64,000 nucleotides of DNA from Cladosporium halotolerans (taxonomy: Eukaryota): NCBI RefSeq assembly GCF_011745625.1, contig NW_027191466.1, forward strand, positions 248,001 through 312,000, written 5' to 3'. This document shows, piece after piece, positions 1 through 12,780 of this stretch. The position numbers and the translations under genes are program-made. The notes under the pieces are model-generated. The model was given only the letters and a program-made list of their open reading frames with translations. It was not told the DNA's origin and did no database searches. The number at the start of each line of letters is the position of its first letter. Position 1 is the stretch's first letter.

Positions 1-601
1 GGTTAGGGAGCGCTGGCGGCGCGATGGGCGAGCTTATTGCCTGCGCGCCGGCTGTTGCCCTGCAGCGACGGCCGTGGTGCTGGATCGCGGCGATGCGAGC
101 GCTGGCCCAAGGTCAATTTCGCTTGCCTTGGCGCCCGCCGCCGGGGCCAGACGCCCCACCGCGCGCGCATTAAACCTCGACGATGCGCCTAGCGGCCGGC
201 GCGCAGAGAGATTTGGGTGGGCTGGGAGTGGGCTGCTATTTGCGATGGCCGATGGCTTTGCGGGAGGTGTTGCTGGCCGCGATACGGGCAGGCAGCGCCC
301 TCGCGACCATATCATTATTGTTGGCGCTGGCTCTGGCACAGGCCCCGGACCATGGGGGAGCGGCGCGCACAGGCTCACTGCTGGCAGCATTGGAGGCTCG
401 CGATGACGCCCGGGCTGCACGGCCGCAAATCACGGCGCGAGTGGTACTGCAACGGCGACGACACCCGGCTGCTGAAGCGAGCGAGCGATCTCTGCGGCGC
501 CCACGTCATGACGGCGCCGGGGAGGTGAGGGTGTGCGCGTGGGCGGCGGCGATCACGCTGCGTAAGGCGGCCTCGCAGTCCACCACCCCAGGGCCAGCGC
601 C

Positions 602-636
602 CCAGCACCCAGCACCTAGCACCTAGCACCTGGCAC
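602..636. repeat. 7-bp tandem repeat (CYAGCAC)x5 upstream of PMA1
   Basis: ccagcac ccagcac ctagcac ctagcac ctggcac read directly. Confidence 0.8.
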
Positions 637-1322
637 GCAGCAGCCATCCGCGCAGTCAGCCAGGGTCAGCAGCGCAGGCAGAGGCAGATGCACGCCGGAC
701 GCCCACGCCTCGCCGGGCAGAGGTGCGACACTCATCACTCGCGCGATAAGGGCCCCCCCGCGCGCGCTCATTGGGGCCGGCGGCGCATGGGCGACGGGCT
801 ACGCGGCAATAGGGTTTGGCGGCGACGGCTGGCGGACACGACGGCACGCAGCAGGCGAATGGCAGTGCCGCTCGCGCCGGCCGGCGTGCTTTTCTTCGGG
901 CCTTTGCAGGCATCTCCACCCGCCCTCCCCAACCGGCGCGGGCGTGTCTTGCGTGAGGACCGCCCGCTCCCACGACTCGCGCCGCCAGCCGGGGCCGCGA
1001 CCAGAAAATCGCTCAGCCTAAGCAACGGCCAGGGCTCCATCGCGCCGTTAGCTAAGAAATTCTTCGCCGTGCCAGGCCGTTGCGCGAGCCCACAGCTGTC
1101 GGCTGCCCAGCGGTCGCTCCAAATTCCGCTAGCTCCATCCAGCATTAGGCTCGGTTGGGCCCGCTGCAACAGAGCTCGCTCCCGCTGCGCATCCGCTTCT
1201 TTTTCACCAGCTGCCCGTCCGCTTCAAAAGTGCCTCCTCTCCTCTCCTCATCGACAGCACCACGCCAACTCTCTCTGTCATCTCATCTGTAGCGACCATT
1301 CACTTGGGCATCGCTATCCAAG

Positions 1323-4300
1323 ATGGCTGCTCCCCGCGTTAGCTTCGGCGAAAAGGATATGGAGAACGGAGGTGACGGCGCGGCCGAGAGGTACACACCA
1401 CCCACAGCTCCCCGTCGCCCAGCGCCTGCTCGCATTCGACGCCGGTGCAACTCGCCCGCGATTCCCACGACGACTCCAGGCGATCGACCGACGACACCGG
1501 CTCAATGCAGCAGTGCGATGGCACGGCGGGGTTGAACGCGTCTCGCATCCCCTACTAACATCGGCGACAGATCTCGCAAGTGGTCTCAGGCTCCCGGCAA
1601 CATTGAGGATCTCGGTTAGTGGCTATCAACTTCTACTTTGACTGCAACAACTGCTAACGACCGACCAGACGAGTACACTGCTCTGCAGAAGTACATCTCT
1701 ACCTACAGAGATCCCAAGGCTGGCACCCCCGAGGGCCAGGCTGCCGACGCCGCCGACGCTGGCAAGGGCAAGGCCTGGTGGCAGTTCTGGCGCTCTGGCA
1801 ACTCTTCCAAGGCTGCCAGCGGCGACCCCGGTGTCGTCCCCGAGGAGTGGCTCGAGGCCGACATCAAGCAGGGTATCTCCAACAGCGATGTCGAGTCCCG
1901 CCGCAAGCGCTTCGGCTGGAACGAGATCACCACCGAGAAGGAGAACCTGTTCATCAAGTTCCTCGGTTTCTTCACTGGCCCTGTCCTCTATGGTAAGTCT
2001 TATCTTTGCTGCGATGGTCGTGGTGGACCATGTTGGCGACCAATGGCTAGTGGCGTCGTTTGTTTTGCTTTTGCAAGCTTTGTCGCGACGTCGAGCTATG
2101 ACCACACCATGCACCCCGCCCGACCCGCTAGCAGCTGCAATCTCCTCCGAACGATAGCGCTAACCATGCACAGTTATGGAAATTGCTGTCCTCCTCGCTG
2201 CCGGTCTCCGTGACTGGATCGACTTTGGTGTGATTATCGGTATTCTTCTTCTCAACGCCGTCGTCGGTTGGTACCAGGAAAAGCAGGCTGCCGATGTCGT
2301 CGCTTCTCTGAAGGGTGACATTGCCATGAAGGCTACTGTCGTCCGTGAGGGCCAGGAACTTGACATCAAGGCTCGCGAGCTCGTCCCCGGTGACATCGTC
2401 ATCATCGAGGAGGGTGAGTCCGTCCCCGCCGATGCCCGCCTTATCTGCGACTACGATGCCCCCGAGGACTTTGCCAAGTACAAGGAGCTCCGCGAGCAGC
2501 ACGCCCTCAACCCCGAGGAGGACCCCGCTGGCTCTGAGGACGCTGAGGACGATGGTGAGGGTGTCGCCCACCAGGGCCACTCCATTGTCGCCACTGACCA
2601 GTCTGCCATCACTGGTGAGTCGCTCGCTGTTGACAAGTTCATGGGCGACATCGTCTACTACACCACCGGTTGCAAGCGCGGCAAGGCCTACGCTGTCTGC
2701 CAGACCTCTGCCAAGTTCTCTTTCGTCGGTCGCACTGCCACCCTTGTCCAGGGCGCTAAGGACCAGGGTCACTTCAAGGCCATCATGAACCACATCGGTA
2801 CCACTCTTCTCGTCCTCGTCATGTTCTGGATCCTGCTCGCCTGGATCGGTGGTTTCTTCCGTCACTTGAAGATCGCTACCCCCGAGGAGTCCTCCAACAC
2901 CCTCCTCCACTACGCTCTGATTCTGTTCATCATCGGTGTCCCCGTCGGTCTTCCCGTCGTCACCACCACCACCCTCGCTGTCGGCGCTGCCTACCTCGCC
3001 AAGCAGCAGGCTATTGTTCAGAAGCTCACTGCCATTGAGTCCCTCGCTGGTGTTGACGTCCTCTGCTCTGACAAGACCGGTACTCTCACTGCCAACCAGC
3101 TCTCTATCCGCGAGCCCTACGTCGCTGAGGGTGAGGATGTCAACTGGATGATGGCTTGCGCCGCCCTTGCCTCTTCCCACAACATCAAGAACCTCGACCC
3201 CATCGACAAGGTCACCATCCTGACCCTCAAGCGCTACCCCAAGGCCCGTGACATCCTCAAGGACGACTGGAAGACCGAGAAATTCACTCCCTTCGACCCC
3301 GTCTCCAAGCGTATCACCACTGTCTGCACTCTCCGCGGCGACCGCTTCACCTGCGCCAAGGGTGCTCCCAAGGCTGTCCTCAACCTGACCGACTGCTCCA
3401 AGGAGACTGCCGACCTCTTCCGTGACAAGGCCACTGAGTTCGCTCGTCGTGGTTTCCGCTCTCTCGGTGTCGCTTACCAGAAGAACAACGACCCGTGGGT
3501 CCTCCTCGGTATGCTTTCTATGTTCGACCCTCCCCGTGAGGACACTGCCCAGACCATCATCGAGGCCCAGCAGCTTGGTGTTCCCGTCAAGATGCTTACT
3601 GGTGACGCCATTGCCATCGCTAAGGAGACTTGCAAGATGCTTGCCCTTGGTACCAAGGTCTACAACTCTCACAAGCTCATCCACGGCGGTCTTACCGGCA
3701 CCACCCAGCACGACCTTGTTGAGCGTGCCGACGGTTTCGCTGAGGTCTTCCCCGAGCACAAGTACCAGGTCGTCGAGATGCTCCAGCAGCGTGGTCACTT
3801 GACTGCCATGACTGGTGACGGTGTCAACGATGCTCCCTCTCTCAAGAAGTCTGACTGTGGTATTGCCGTCGAGGGTTCCTCCGAGGCTGCCCAGGCCGCC
3901 GCCGATATTGTCTTCCTCGCCCCTGGTCTGTCCACCATCGTTCTTGCCATCAAGCAGGCTCGCCAGATTTTCCAGCGCATGAAGGCCTACATCCAGTACC
4001 GTATCGCCCTCTGTCTTCACTTGGAGATCTACCTCGTCACAACCATGATCATCCTCAACGAGACCATCCGCTCTCAGCTTATTGTCTTCATCGCCCTCTT
4101 CGCTGACTTGGCCACCGTCGCCGTCGCCTACGACAACGCCCACTCCGAGCAGCGCCCCGTCGAGTGGCAGCTTCCTAAGATCTGGATCATCTCCACCGTC
4201 CTCGGTGTGTTGCTCGCCATTGCCACCTGGGTTGTCCGTGCCTCCATGTACGTCCCCAACGGTGGTATCGTCCAGAACTGGGGTAACACCCAGGAGATCA

Positions 4301-4767
4301 TCTTCCTCGAGGTCGCCCTTACTGAGAACTGGCTCATCTTCGTCACCCGTGGCGGTGAGACTTTCCCCTCCTGGCAGCTCATCGGTGCCATTGGTGTTGT
4401 CGACGCCATTGCCACCCTCTTCTGTATCTTCGGTTGGCTCGCCGGCAACCCCTACCAGGTTCCCCTCAACAACCCGATGTCTCAGTTCACCGAGACCCTC
4501 AACGGCCACACCGACGTCGTCACCGCCGTCGTTGTCTGGGGTTACTCCATCGGTGTTACCATCGTCATCGCCATCGTCTACTACCTCCTCAACTCCATCC
4601 CTGCCCTTGCCGACATTGGCCGCAAGAGCCGCAGCCACCACGACACCCAGATGGAGAACATCATCGGCCACCTCACCAAGCTCACTCTGCAGCACGAGAC
4701 CACCCCTGACGGCGAGGGTCGCTACCTCCTGCAGCAGAAGGCCAGCGACGAGGCCGACGAGGAGTAG
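1323..4767 (+). CDS. PMA1: Plasma-membrane H+-ATPase (P3A-type), 1009 aa; join(1323..1390,1571..1614,1669..1992,2174..4767)
   Basis: P-type ATPase motifs TGES, CSDKTGTLT (phospho-Asp), KGAP, DPPR, MLTGD, TGDGVNDAPSLKK; three GT-AG introns with CTAAC branch sites restore one frame (MAAPRVSF...RSRKWS...DEYTALQKYI...GPVLYVMEIA); very strong codon bias. Confidence 0.97.
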
Positions 4768-5365
4768 ACTCCCATTTCCACTTGTCTTGCCTAAACTGGT
4801 CTCGTATAGCATGATACCTTATGCGTTTTTCCTATTCTCGTATTAGTGGAGACAGTACTGTGTTACTACTCTATTTTTCTATACCGCTTTGCTGTGGGAA
4901 AAGGAGGTGGAGGTAGCGCAGCTGTTGTACATAATTCGACAGTCATAGCTGGCGATCTTTGAAATAATTTTACTATACCTTCTTGCGCATAACATGCTGA
5001 GTCTCATCGTGTCCCTTTTCTATTCATCCAGTCTGCTGCAAAATCTCTCCTTCGACGGTGTCTTGTTGCCTTGTCTTGATCTCATCCACCAAGTCACCAA
5101 GTCCTCTTGTCACGTGATTAGACTTGGACGGCCTGTACTGGGTTCTCTGACCTTGTCTCTTCTTACTACATGCTATCACATTGGCTTCTCCAACCGCAAT
5201 CGATTTTCAGTTCTTGCTTAACATGCTCTGCAACTCTCAACACATAGTAACAAATCCCTCACTTCAACCCTCAACCCCTTCCCCCACCCCTGCTTCCTCT
5301 TCCCTCGTACCATCCCTATCTTCTCCTTCCCACCCGGCAAACCAGTCACTCTCTCCTCAGGCAAT

Positions 5366-6434
5366 TCAGTTAATCGTGTACCCCCCGTCGACAACCATCG
5401 CCGCCCCCTGCACGAAACTCGCTTTGCTGCTCGCCAGGAACAGTACGCAATCCGCGACTTCCTGCGCCGTCCCCATGCGCTCCATCGGCGCGATGCTGAT
5501 GGCCGGTTCTAAGACGGAGGCGTTGGGCTGCGTCATGGGAGTGTCGATTACGCCGGGGCAGACGCTGTTGATGCGGATGGCGTCGCGGGAGTACTGTGGA
5601 GGGTCAGTCGGGAGGAAGGGGAGATGGGGTAGGGGACGGGAGATGGGGATGGGGCGTACATCGATCGCGTCGCACTTGGTCATGTTGATGACTGCTGCTT
5701 TGCTGCCGCAGTAGGCCGCTGTCGGTTTGGAACAAGAAAACATCAGCGTCCGCGTCCTCGCCTTCCGTCATAATAGCTCAGTGGGAGGTAGGGTTGCAAC
5801 TTACGCGCCGCCGGCCGCCCAACGATCCCCAGCTGGCTGGCAATGTTGACAACACTCCCCCTGACGCCCGGCCGGCCATCGTGCGTCGGCAGCGGGTCTT
5901 GCGAGAGCATCTGCTTGATCGCCGCGCGCGACGTCAGCCAGCAGCCGCGGTAGTTGATGACGTTGATGCGGTCGAACTCGTCGGGGGTGGTGTCGTGCGA
6001 GCGCTTGTTGTTGCTCAGGACGCCTTTTGCACGTCAGTAAAGCACTCATTGGCCAATGTGACTTGGCGATGGGGATACTCACCAGCTCCATTGACAGCGT
6101 AGTCGACCCTCCCGAACTCCGCCACGGCGCGCAGGAACAGCGCCTCGACTTGCTCGGCGCTGGTGACGTCTGTTTTGACGGCGATGGCGGCCGCTTTGCC
6201 TTCGCCGGCGACTTGGACGATGAGCTGCTGGGTTCTGGCGAGGCCTGCTTCGTCGCGGTCGGCGAGGACGAGTTTCGTGCAGCCTTCGCGGGCGAAGGAG
6301 ACGGCGGTTGCTTGGCTGATGCCTGGGGAGTGGAGGTTAAGGTGGGTTTGACGGGAGGGGGAAGGGATGGTGGGAGAGAGCAGCTTACCGGAGGCTGCGC
6401 CTGTGATGAGGGCAACGCCTGGGTAGAGGGACAT
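5366..6434 (-). CDS. Classical short-chain dehydrogenase/reductase, 263 aa; exons 6434-6389, 6322-6083, 6023-5805, 5718-5660, 5593-5366
   Basis: TGAASGI Rossmann motif, VNGAG, NIAS, catalytic YCGSK, IRINSVCPG, VDGG; four GT-AG introns give a continuous frame. Confidence 0.92.
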
Positions 6435-7079
6435 TTTGGCAGTTGTGAGGTTGGTGTTGTGGTTGGAGAGTCGATAAGCTGGGTGAGGATGCTTAGAGGG
6501 GTGGTCGCGGGGGAGGTGAGATGTTTTTCTATCGAATCGATAGAAGTGAGTACATTTCAATCGATGAAGAGGCCTGTCAGCTATCTGCAGTCGTTCGGCT
6601 TAGCCGATGATGCTGGATCGATGGATGGGTCGCCATAACATAATCGAGCTGTTTTCCTTACGCAACGCGAGGTCTCCGCTGATGAGGCCCGCTTTGTGAC
6701 GATCAAAAGACGGCAGCACTTTCGCGAGTACATATAGACTCATGACCTTTTTGTCTGTACAATGTCAACTAACAAAGTAAGACATGCTTCTTACATCCAA
6801 TAGATCGTTTGACCTGTTGATCAATGCCGCGTCAAGAGCACTTGAGGAACTGTCTCGCCTCATAAATTGCTTCCTTGCCAACATGGATAGATAGGTAACA
6901 TAGTACTTTTTGGAATTCTAAGGATGTTGATGAGTTCATAAGATCTATCAGTGTAAATGTAAATGCAATCAATTCTTCGCCGAAAACCACCACCTGCCCA
7001 GCGCCCGAACTCCACGCAAAAAAAAATTATCCCATCAAGCACTTTCCCATCAATTCAAACCTCCAGAAATCGGCTACGC

Positions 7080-7964
7080 TTAAGCCCAGCCAGTGTGGCC
7101 ACCGTCGATGGTAAGGTCGGCGGCAGTCATCCAAGCGCTGCCAGAAGCAAGCAGGAAGATAGCCGGGGCTTTGAAGTCCTGCGGCGCACCGAGGCGGTCA
7201 AGCATGGCACCCCTCATCCAGGTCTCGTGGACCTCAGGCTCGTCGTGGAGGAGCTTGTCGGTCATAGCAGTGCGGATGTAGCCAGGAGAAAGCGTGTTGA
7301 CGCGGATGCCGTGCTGAGGACCCCACTCGGCGGCGAGCGAGCGGCTGAGCTGGAGCACGGCGGCCTTGGAGGAGTTGTAGGCGGAGCACTTGAGGGAGCG
7401 GTTGGTGATGCGTCCGGACATGGAGGCGATCATGACAATGGAGCCCTTGGTGCCGGTGGCGATGAACTCGCGTGCGGCGTGCTTGGCCGTCAGGAAGGCG
7501 CCGGTCACGTTGACGTTGAACATGCGGTTGAAGTCAGGCACGTTGTAGTCAACAGCCTCGGTGATCTGCTGGATGCCAGCGCAGGCGATGACGCCCTGCA
7601 GGGGCTTGCGCTGCTCCTTTGCGGCGGAGATGACGGAGGCGTAGACGGCCTCGAGCTCGGGTTCATTGGTAATGTCGACGCGGTCGTAGGACGCGTAGAG
7701 GCCGGCGAGCTTGGCCTTGGACTTGAGGGCAGCGATGTCCTTCTCGACGACCTCGTGAGGGAGGATGTCGACGCAAGCAACGCAGCCACCGGCTTCGATG
7801 ACGGCGTGTGCGAGCTCAAGACCGAGGCCACGGCCGCCACCGGTGACCAAGGTGGTTCCGCCGCGAAGTGAGAAGAGGTTAGGGACGGTCTGGTTTGCCT
7901 CGGTCTCCTTGACCTCAGGGATCTCGTTGGGAAGAGCGAGATCGGCGAGAGCTGCGGGAGCCAT
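7080..7964 (-). CDS. SDR of the polyol dehydrogenase/ketose reductase group (D-arabinitol 2-dehydrogenase / sorbose reductase-like), 294 aa, intronless
   Basis: LFSL...TGGGRGLG, IASMSG, YNSSKAA, IRVNTLSPGYI, IDGG; strong codon bias; exact substrate is inference. Confidence 0.88.
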   Translation of the reverse strand: MAPAALADLALPNEIPEVKETEANQTVPNLFSLRGGTTLVTGGGRGLGLELAHAVIEAGGCVACVDILPHEVVEKDIAALKSKAKLAGLYASYDRVDITNEPELEAVYASVISAAKEQRKPLQGVIACAGIQQITEAVDYNVPDFNRMFNVNVTGAFLTAKHAAREFIATGTKGSIVMIASMSGRITNRSLKCSAYNSSKAAVLQLSRSLAAEWGPQHGIRVNTLSPGYIRTAMTDKLLHDEPEVHETWMRGAMLDRLGAPQDFKAPAIFLLASGSAWMTAADLTIDGGHTGWA

Positions 7965-9322
7965 TGTGATGGAGAAGGAAGATTAAGCTTGAGTTGAAGA
8001 TGCGAAGCGAAAGTGATAGATGCTGCGAGAACGACTGGCTGGGAGGAGAAGAATGCTGGAGACGGAGAGTGATGAAGATGATGAAGGTGAAGGGAGGCGT
8101 CTCAAGCCCGACTTCACCTACTCATATACCTACCGCGCAGTGGATCATCGTGAAAACACGTACGACTAGTTTCAAGCGTTGACAGTGCAGTCTCTGCTCC
8201 AGAAGCACTGACTGACAGGTATGCAAAGAGATTGCGAGTTCGTCTTTCCACGACCCGTTGTAACCGACCGTGTATGGAAAGCCGACAGGGTCCTCTGGTC
8301 AAAGAACGGTTCAGCCTTACGAAGACCCTTCAACATGCCGGCCCGGCGTATGTGGAAACCGGATGAACAGTGGCGGAAGGAGTAAGACTGAAAATGCTTA
8401 CTGTAGCGCCGGGTAGTATGAAGATTCCGCAGAGCCAAAGTCATGTCCCGTCTGATGGACTTTCCGCATTGGGTAATCCGATCTCTCTGTGAGAGGCTTT
8501 CGTCCAGCGTCGCGTGGTGGGCACGACACGTACCAGATTTGAGTCGCTCTGTTCGCTCGGCCTACCATACCGATCGTTATCCGGAACCCTGATGCCGCTG
8601 TCGTGGGTATCTCAGTCTGATATTTGTGGGTAGGACATGGCCGTTGGAGGCCCCTGGCGAGGAGCATCCGTTCTGGACTGCCACGAACCCTTCACCGACA
8701 TTGCTAGGAAGCGCTGGAATTCCACACGGAGCGATTCGACGCGGTCCAGTATCAACGGAGCTAGCCAACGCGTCAGCTTAGAAAGGCACCGTGGGCTGGA
8801 GGAGGACCAAGACGACGCCACGTAGCACAGCGCTCCCGTTCAGTCCACAACACTTTGCATGCCCGAGGTTATCAGAATGACTTCCCCACAGCTGTCAAAT
8901 TGGAGCCAAGTGTATAGGATGTGAGTTCAAGCAGTGGAAATGGCCGTAGTCGCGTCGTTGTTTGCAGGCGTCAAACGAGTTGTGTAGGAGTTGTGCTGCT
9001 GCGGGCCTCGCTCGTGGCATCCTCGGCTTTTGCCGGCCCGATGCAGACGCCGAGACCGACGTGGCGCTTGCTCTGGTCTCTCAAAACCCCTCACTTTCTG
9101 ATCATCCCATGTCCATTCCAGAGCTTGCCGGCGACTCTGACCATGCGTCTCGTGCTCGCTTACTGCTGCATACTTACCGCTGGCCACGCGGACGCTGCCA
9201 GAAGTACCACCCTTAATGTGACACATGCTGATATCGTATTGCAAACTACCGCTGAACGCTCGTAACTACTTGGACCATAGCAGTCCCGCCCGATTCCAGG
9301 CTACAGATCACTCACAGGAGCC

Positions 9323-9844
9323 ATGTCGCGCTTCTTCCCACATACGGACTACGCTGAAGACCAGCCCATGTCGCATACAGTCCTCACCACACACGTTCTG
9401 TACCGCGGGTTTCAGACCGGCGCCGTAGTCGGCCATGCTCTTGAGCTCGCGCGAATTACACTCAAAAAGGGACGATCACCCAGCGCCGAGCCCATACTCG
9501 CTTCTACCCTGCGCTCAGCCGGCATCGGTGCGGTCGCCGGCACGGCACTCATGGTTCCAGGTCTATATATGCGCATGCGTGATCGCGAGGAGATCGAATG
9601 GAAAGATCGAAGTTGGCGATTGCTAGAGAACAAAGGACAAAAAGCTGTAGATGACTGCAGCGGCATCGGTACGGTTTTGGGAGCTTTGGTGGGCGCGAGA
9701 CAGACATTACCGCGTGAAACCGCTGGCGTGAAAACGCTCAAGATTGCCGGTGGAGCTGGCGTAGGAAGTATTGTCGGTGTTGTGGTTTACCTGGGATGGC
9801 GATATGGGCTGATGAGAGGTGAGCAGCCTACAGTCAAAAGGTGA
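9323..9844 (+). CDS. Small conserved hypothetical membrane protein (possibly DUF1757-like), 173 aa
   Basis: ATG in ccATG context, Gly-rich hydrophobic segments, motif WKDRSWRLLENKGQ; family label from memory and uncertain. Confidence 0.7.
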   Translation: MSRFFPHTDYAEDQPMSHTVLTTHVLYRGFQTGAVVGHALELARITLKKGRSPSAEPILASTLRSAGIGAVAGTALMVPGLYMRMRDREEIEWKDRSWRLLENKGQKAVDDCSGIGTVLGALVGARQTLPRETAGVKTLKIAGGAGVGSIVGVVVYLGWRYGLMRGEQPTVKR

Positions 9845-10738
9845 GTCGGCGCAAAGATCTGTCTGCTAGGGGGTAAATGCTGAGGACATGATCTTGTGCT
9901 TTGCAATCCCCTCAACTTCGAGGCCACCTCTTTGGCATTGCGGATCTTGCTGACACCAGGCGAAAAGTTCTACCTGACATACCAAACCAATGCCCGTAGA
10001 ACCACCAAAGAGAAAGCAGGCATCAGAATGACGACGCGTCCCGTTTGCCTACACATTTCGGCTCGTTATTCCAATGACAGAGCTCAAATTCAACCTTTCC
10101 AATAGTGAATCAGGATGCTGTAGTCCACGGGCTTTTCCCGCAACTTCACCATTTTGCATACGTTCTTGGGCTCTGAATTGTAGAGTCTCGGCTTTCACGT
10201 CTTTGCCCTTTGATTGATCGTAGCAAGTGGCGCATGCAGGTTGCCATTTACGTTTGACAGGACGGAGAAAGTGGCGTTTCAAGGCTACCCGTGAAGACCA
10301 CTTCAGTCACCTTTACGTATCACTCATAAGCTACCGCGGACGAGCATTAGTGGTCTTGGTGAAGCGAATGAATGGTACGGTACCTCATATTAAGCTTCCG
10401 TCTAGGCCCTCCCTCCGCTCGAAGGTGGAGAAAGCCCAGGCGAAATTGTGCCTCTTCACCAACTCCACGCTACATACACTGATTGCCAGACTGGTATTGT
10501 CCTGCTACTCCCATCTCGCTCTAACATAAGTAATTCTCGCTGTATCGGTGCTGCGAGGTGATTGCCACATCATTTCCAAGCAGTGAAGGTAGTGACGCTC
10601 TTGGCTGGCCCAACGGACGGCGTGCCTCCAGCGAGTTCGCGACCAAGCTTCCTCGGGTCTCCGATCGCGGGCAACGTTGCTTGCCCACTTCAAAGGCCTC
10701 TGAGTGGCGACCACAGAACGCAAAAGTACAAAGTGCCG

Positions 10739-12637
10739 ATGGCGACACCGGGAGAGAAAGAAAACGAGAATAGCTCCGACAACCGCGGGTCCTCACCTCC
10801 CCCTCCGACCAACACCGGCAAACTGCAGTCCGCCGGCAAGAAACGCAGCAGAAACGGCTGTCTGAACTGCCGCCGAAAACGAAGAAAATGTTCCGAAACG
10901 AAACCGACTTGCGAAGGGTGCCAAACACGCGGTGAGGCCTGCGAATGGGGCGTTAAGGTATCCTTCAGGCCTGAAAACGCGCAGACCGTTGGCAAAGAGC
11001 ACCACTCGCTGTTCCGCAACGCCAACGCGCCCAGTCGCACCTACCAGATTGTCGATGTCACCTCTGAGATCGCTCGCGACTACATAGTGGACGGGCCGGA
11101 GCCGTCTGGCCGGTACGAGAATGGGTGCGATGAACCTCCGCCAGATCAGCCGCTCGTCCCAGGAATCATAGAGGAGCCGGCTCTCGAGCCTACGATTCCA
11201 CTCTTCTCGCTACCTATGCAGACTCCGAGATCCTCTATTGCCGAAGGCATGCCTGCGATCGGTGGAAACCCTTTCGCCAATACTGCATCGCCTCATGTCA
11301 GCGACACCAGCTTCGAGGACGGCATCTTCTTGCCCGGGTCGCAGTACCTGGAGCTGCACGCTGAACTGAGGTCCAAGCTATTCGACACTGCTCAGTCAGT
11401 CGAACCTTCAAGGCGAGGATCATTCGACGCTGCTGCTCAGTCATTCCAGACGCCACCATCCATAGGAAATGGCGTCGTGGAAGAAGATCCTCGCCGGCTG
11501 GCTCACCTATCAGCCGAGCAGGAGTACACCCTGTGGCAGAATTATATCACAGAAGTCGCGCCCTGGATAGACAAGTTCGACATCAATCGGCATTTCGAGC
11601 TCGTTCTGCCTATGCTTGCAAAGGACGCCGAGCACCTTAAGTACTCCATACTCGCACTATCTGCACGACAAATCGAGCTGAAAGAGCGAAAATCCGAGCT
11701 GAACACAAGTTTGGCACTCTACCAGCTCGCCATCCACCTGCTATCGCCACAACTAGAAACACGCTCCACCATCGTCCTCGCATCTTCAGCAGTCTTGTGT
11801 GTCCTAGAAATGCTCAGCTGCTCGCCCAAAGCATGGCGACGACACCTAGACGGCTGCGCAGCACTCATCCAAGCACTCGGCATCACGGGCACATGCGGCG
11901 GGCTAGAGCAGGCCATCTTCTGGTGCTTCGCCCGCATGGACGTATGCGGTGGTCTCATCTCCCTCGAGCGCACGCTCATCCCCATCGAGAAGTGGGTCAG
12001 CTGCGGCTCGCTGGTGGACGACTCGCGCTCACTCAGCTCGCACGCCACCTTCGACATGTGCGCGAACTCCATGATCTATCTCACGGGACGCGTAGTGGAC
12101 CTCCTCTGCAACTTCGGCCGCTGGGAGCAGCGACACACCGGGCCCGGCGTCATCTACACCAACAGCCAGTACGTCGCCGAGTGGCTGAAACTCTTCGACC
12201 TCATCGAGACCTGGCACCGCGGACGGCCGCAGGAGATGAAGTCCATCCTCGTCATCCCCTCGCAGCAGTACGACCCGCCGAGACCTTTCCCGACAGTCCT
12301 CTACCCCAACCCGCCCGCCATCGCCGGCAACCAGATGTACCACACGGCTGCGCTGCTGATGCTCAAGCACAAGCCGGCGTCGTTGCACTTGACGCACAAG
12401 CCGCGGTCGATGCTGTGGCATGCGAGGCAGATCTGCGCGATCTCGATATCGAACGGCAACCATGCGTGCTGGACGAACAGCACACAGCCGATATGGATTG
12501 CCGGCCAGCTCATGAGCCATTCGAGCGAGCATAAGGCGATCTTGGAGCTGTATGAGCGAGTGGAGCGCGAGACGGGCTGGTCGACGAAGTGGAGGGCGCA
12601 CGATCTGGTGGAGTATTGGGGCGATCTTGAGACATGA
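10739..12637 (+). CDS. Zn(II)2Cys6 transcription factor with fungal-specific TF domain, 632 aa, intronless
   Basis: RSRNGCLNCRRKRRKCSETKPTCEGCQTRGEACEW binuclear cluster; C-terminal WRRHLDG, FWCFARMD; first in-frame ATG at 10739. Confidence 0.93.
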   Translation: MATPGEKENENSSDNRGSSPPPPTNTGKLQSAGKKRSRNGCLNCRRKRRKCSETKPTCEGCQTRGEACEWGVKVSFRPENAQTVGKEHHSLFRNANAPSRTYQIVDVTSEIARDYIVDGPEPSGRYENGCDEPPPDQPLVPGIIEEPALEPTIPLFSLPMQTPRSSIAEGMPAIGGNPFANTASPHVSDTSFEDGIFLPGSQYLELHAELRSKLFDTAQSVEPSRRGSFDAAAQSFQTPPSIGNGVVEEDPRRLAHLSAEQEYTLWQNYITEVAPWIDKFDINRHFELVLPMLAKDAEHLKYSILALSARQIELKERKSELNTSLALYQLAIHLLSPQLETRSTIVLASSAVLCVLEMLSCSPKAWRRHLDGCAALIQALGITGTCGGLEQAIFWCFARMDVCGGLISLERTLIPIEKWVSCGSLVDDSRSLSSHATFDMCANSMIYLTGRVVDLLCNFGRWEQRHTGPGVIYTNSQYVAEWLKLFDLIETWHRGRPQEMKSILVIPSQQYDPPRPFPTVLYPNPPAIAGNQMYHTAALLMLKHKPASLHLTHKPRSMLWHARQICAISISNGNHACWTNSTQPIWIAGQLMSHSSEHKAILELYERVERETGWSTKWRAHDLVEYWGDLET

Positions 12638-12780
12638 AAATGTTCGCTTTCATTTCTGAGTTTGTAAATAACGATCAGCACATCATGTGAAGTTTGAGCT
12701 TGCGCCACGAGTTACGAGCATGTATATTCCTTCAGTTCAAATTCTTCCAAAAGCACGGCTTTTACTATTCTCTCGTCAAT

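Noticed and set aside
1..1322. Many overlapping ORFs of 100-317 aa upstream of PMA1
   Set aside because: GC-rich promoter/leader; Arg/Ala/Pro-rich translations without domains or codon bias.
2128..4812. 894-aa antisense ORF over PMA1 (likewise 30786-32276, 12694-13935, 35220-36440, 6963-7871)
   Set aside because: Shadow ORFs: strong C/G-ending codon bias on the real gene removes stops from the opposite strand; the translations have no recognisable motifs.
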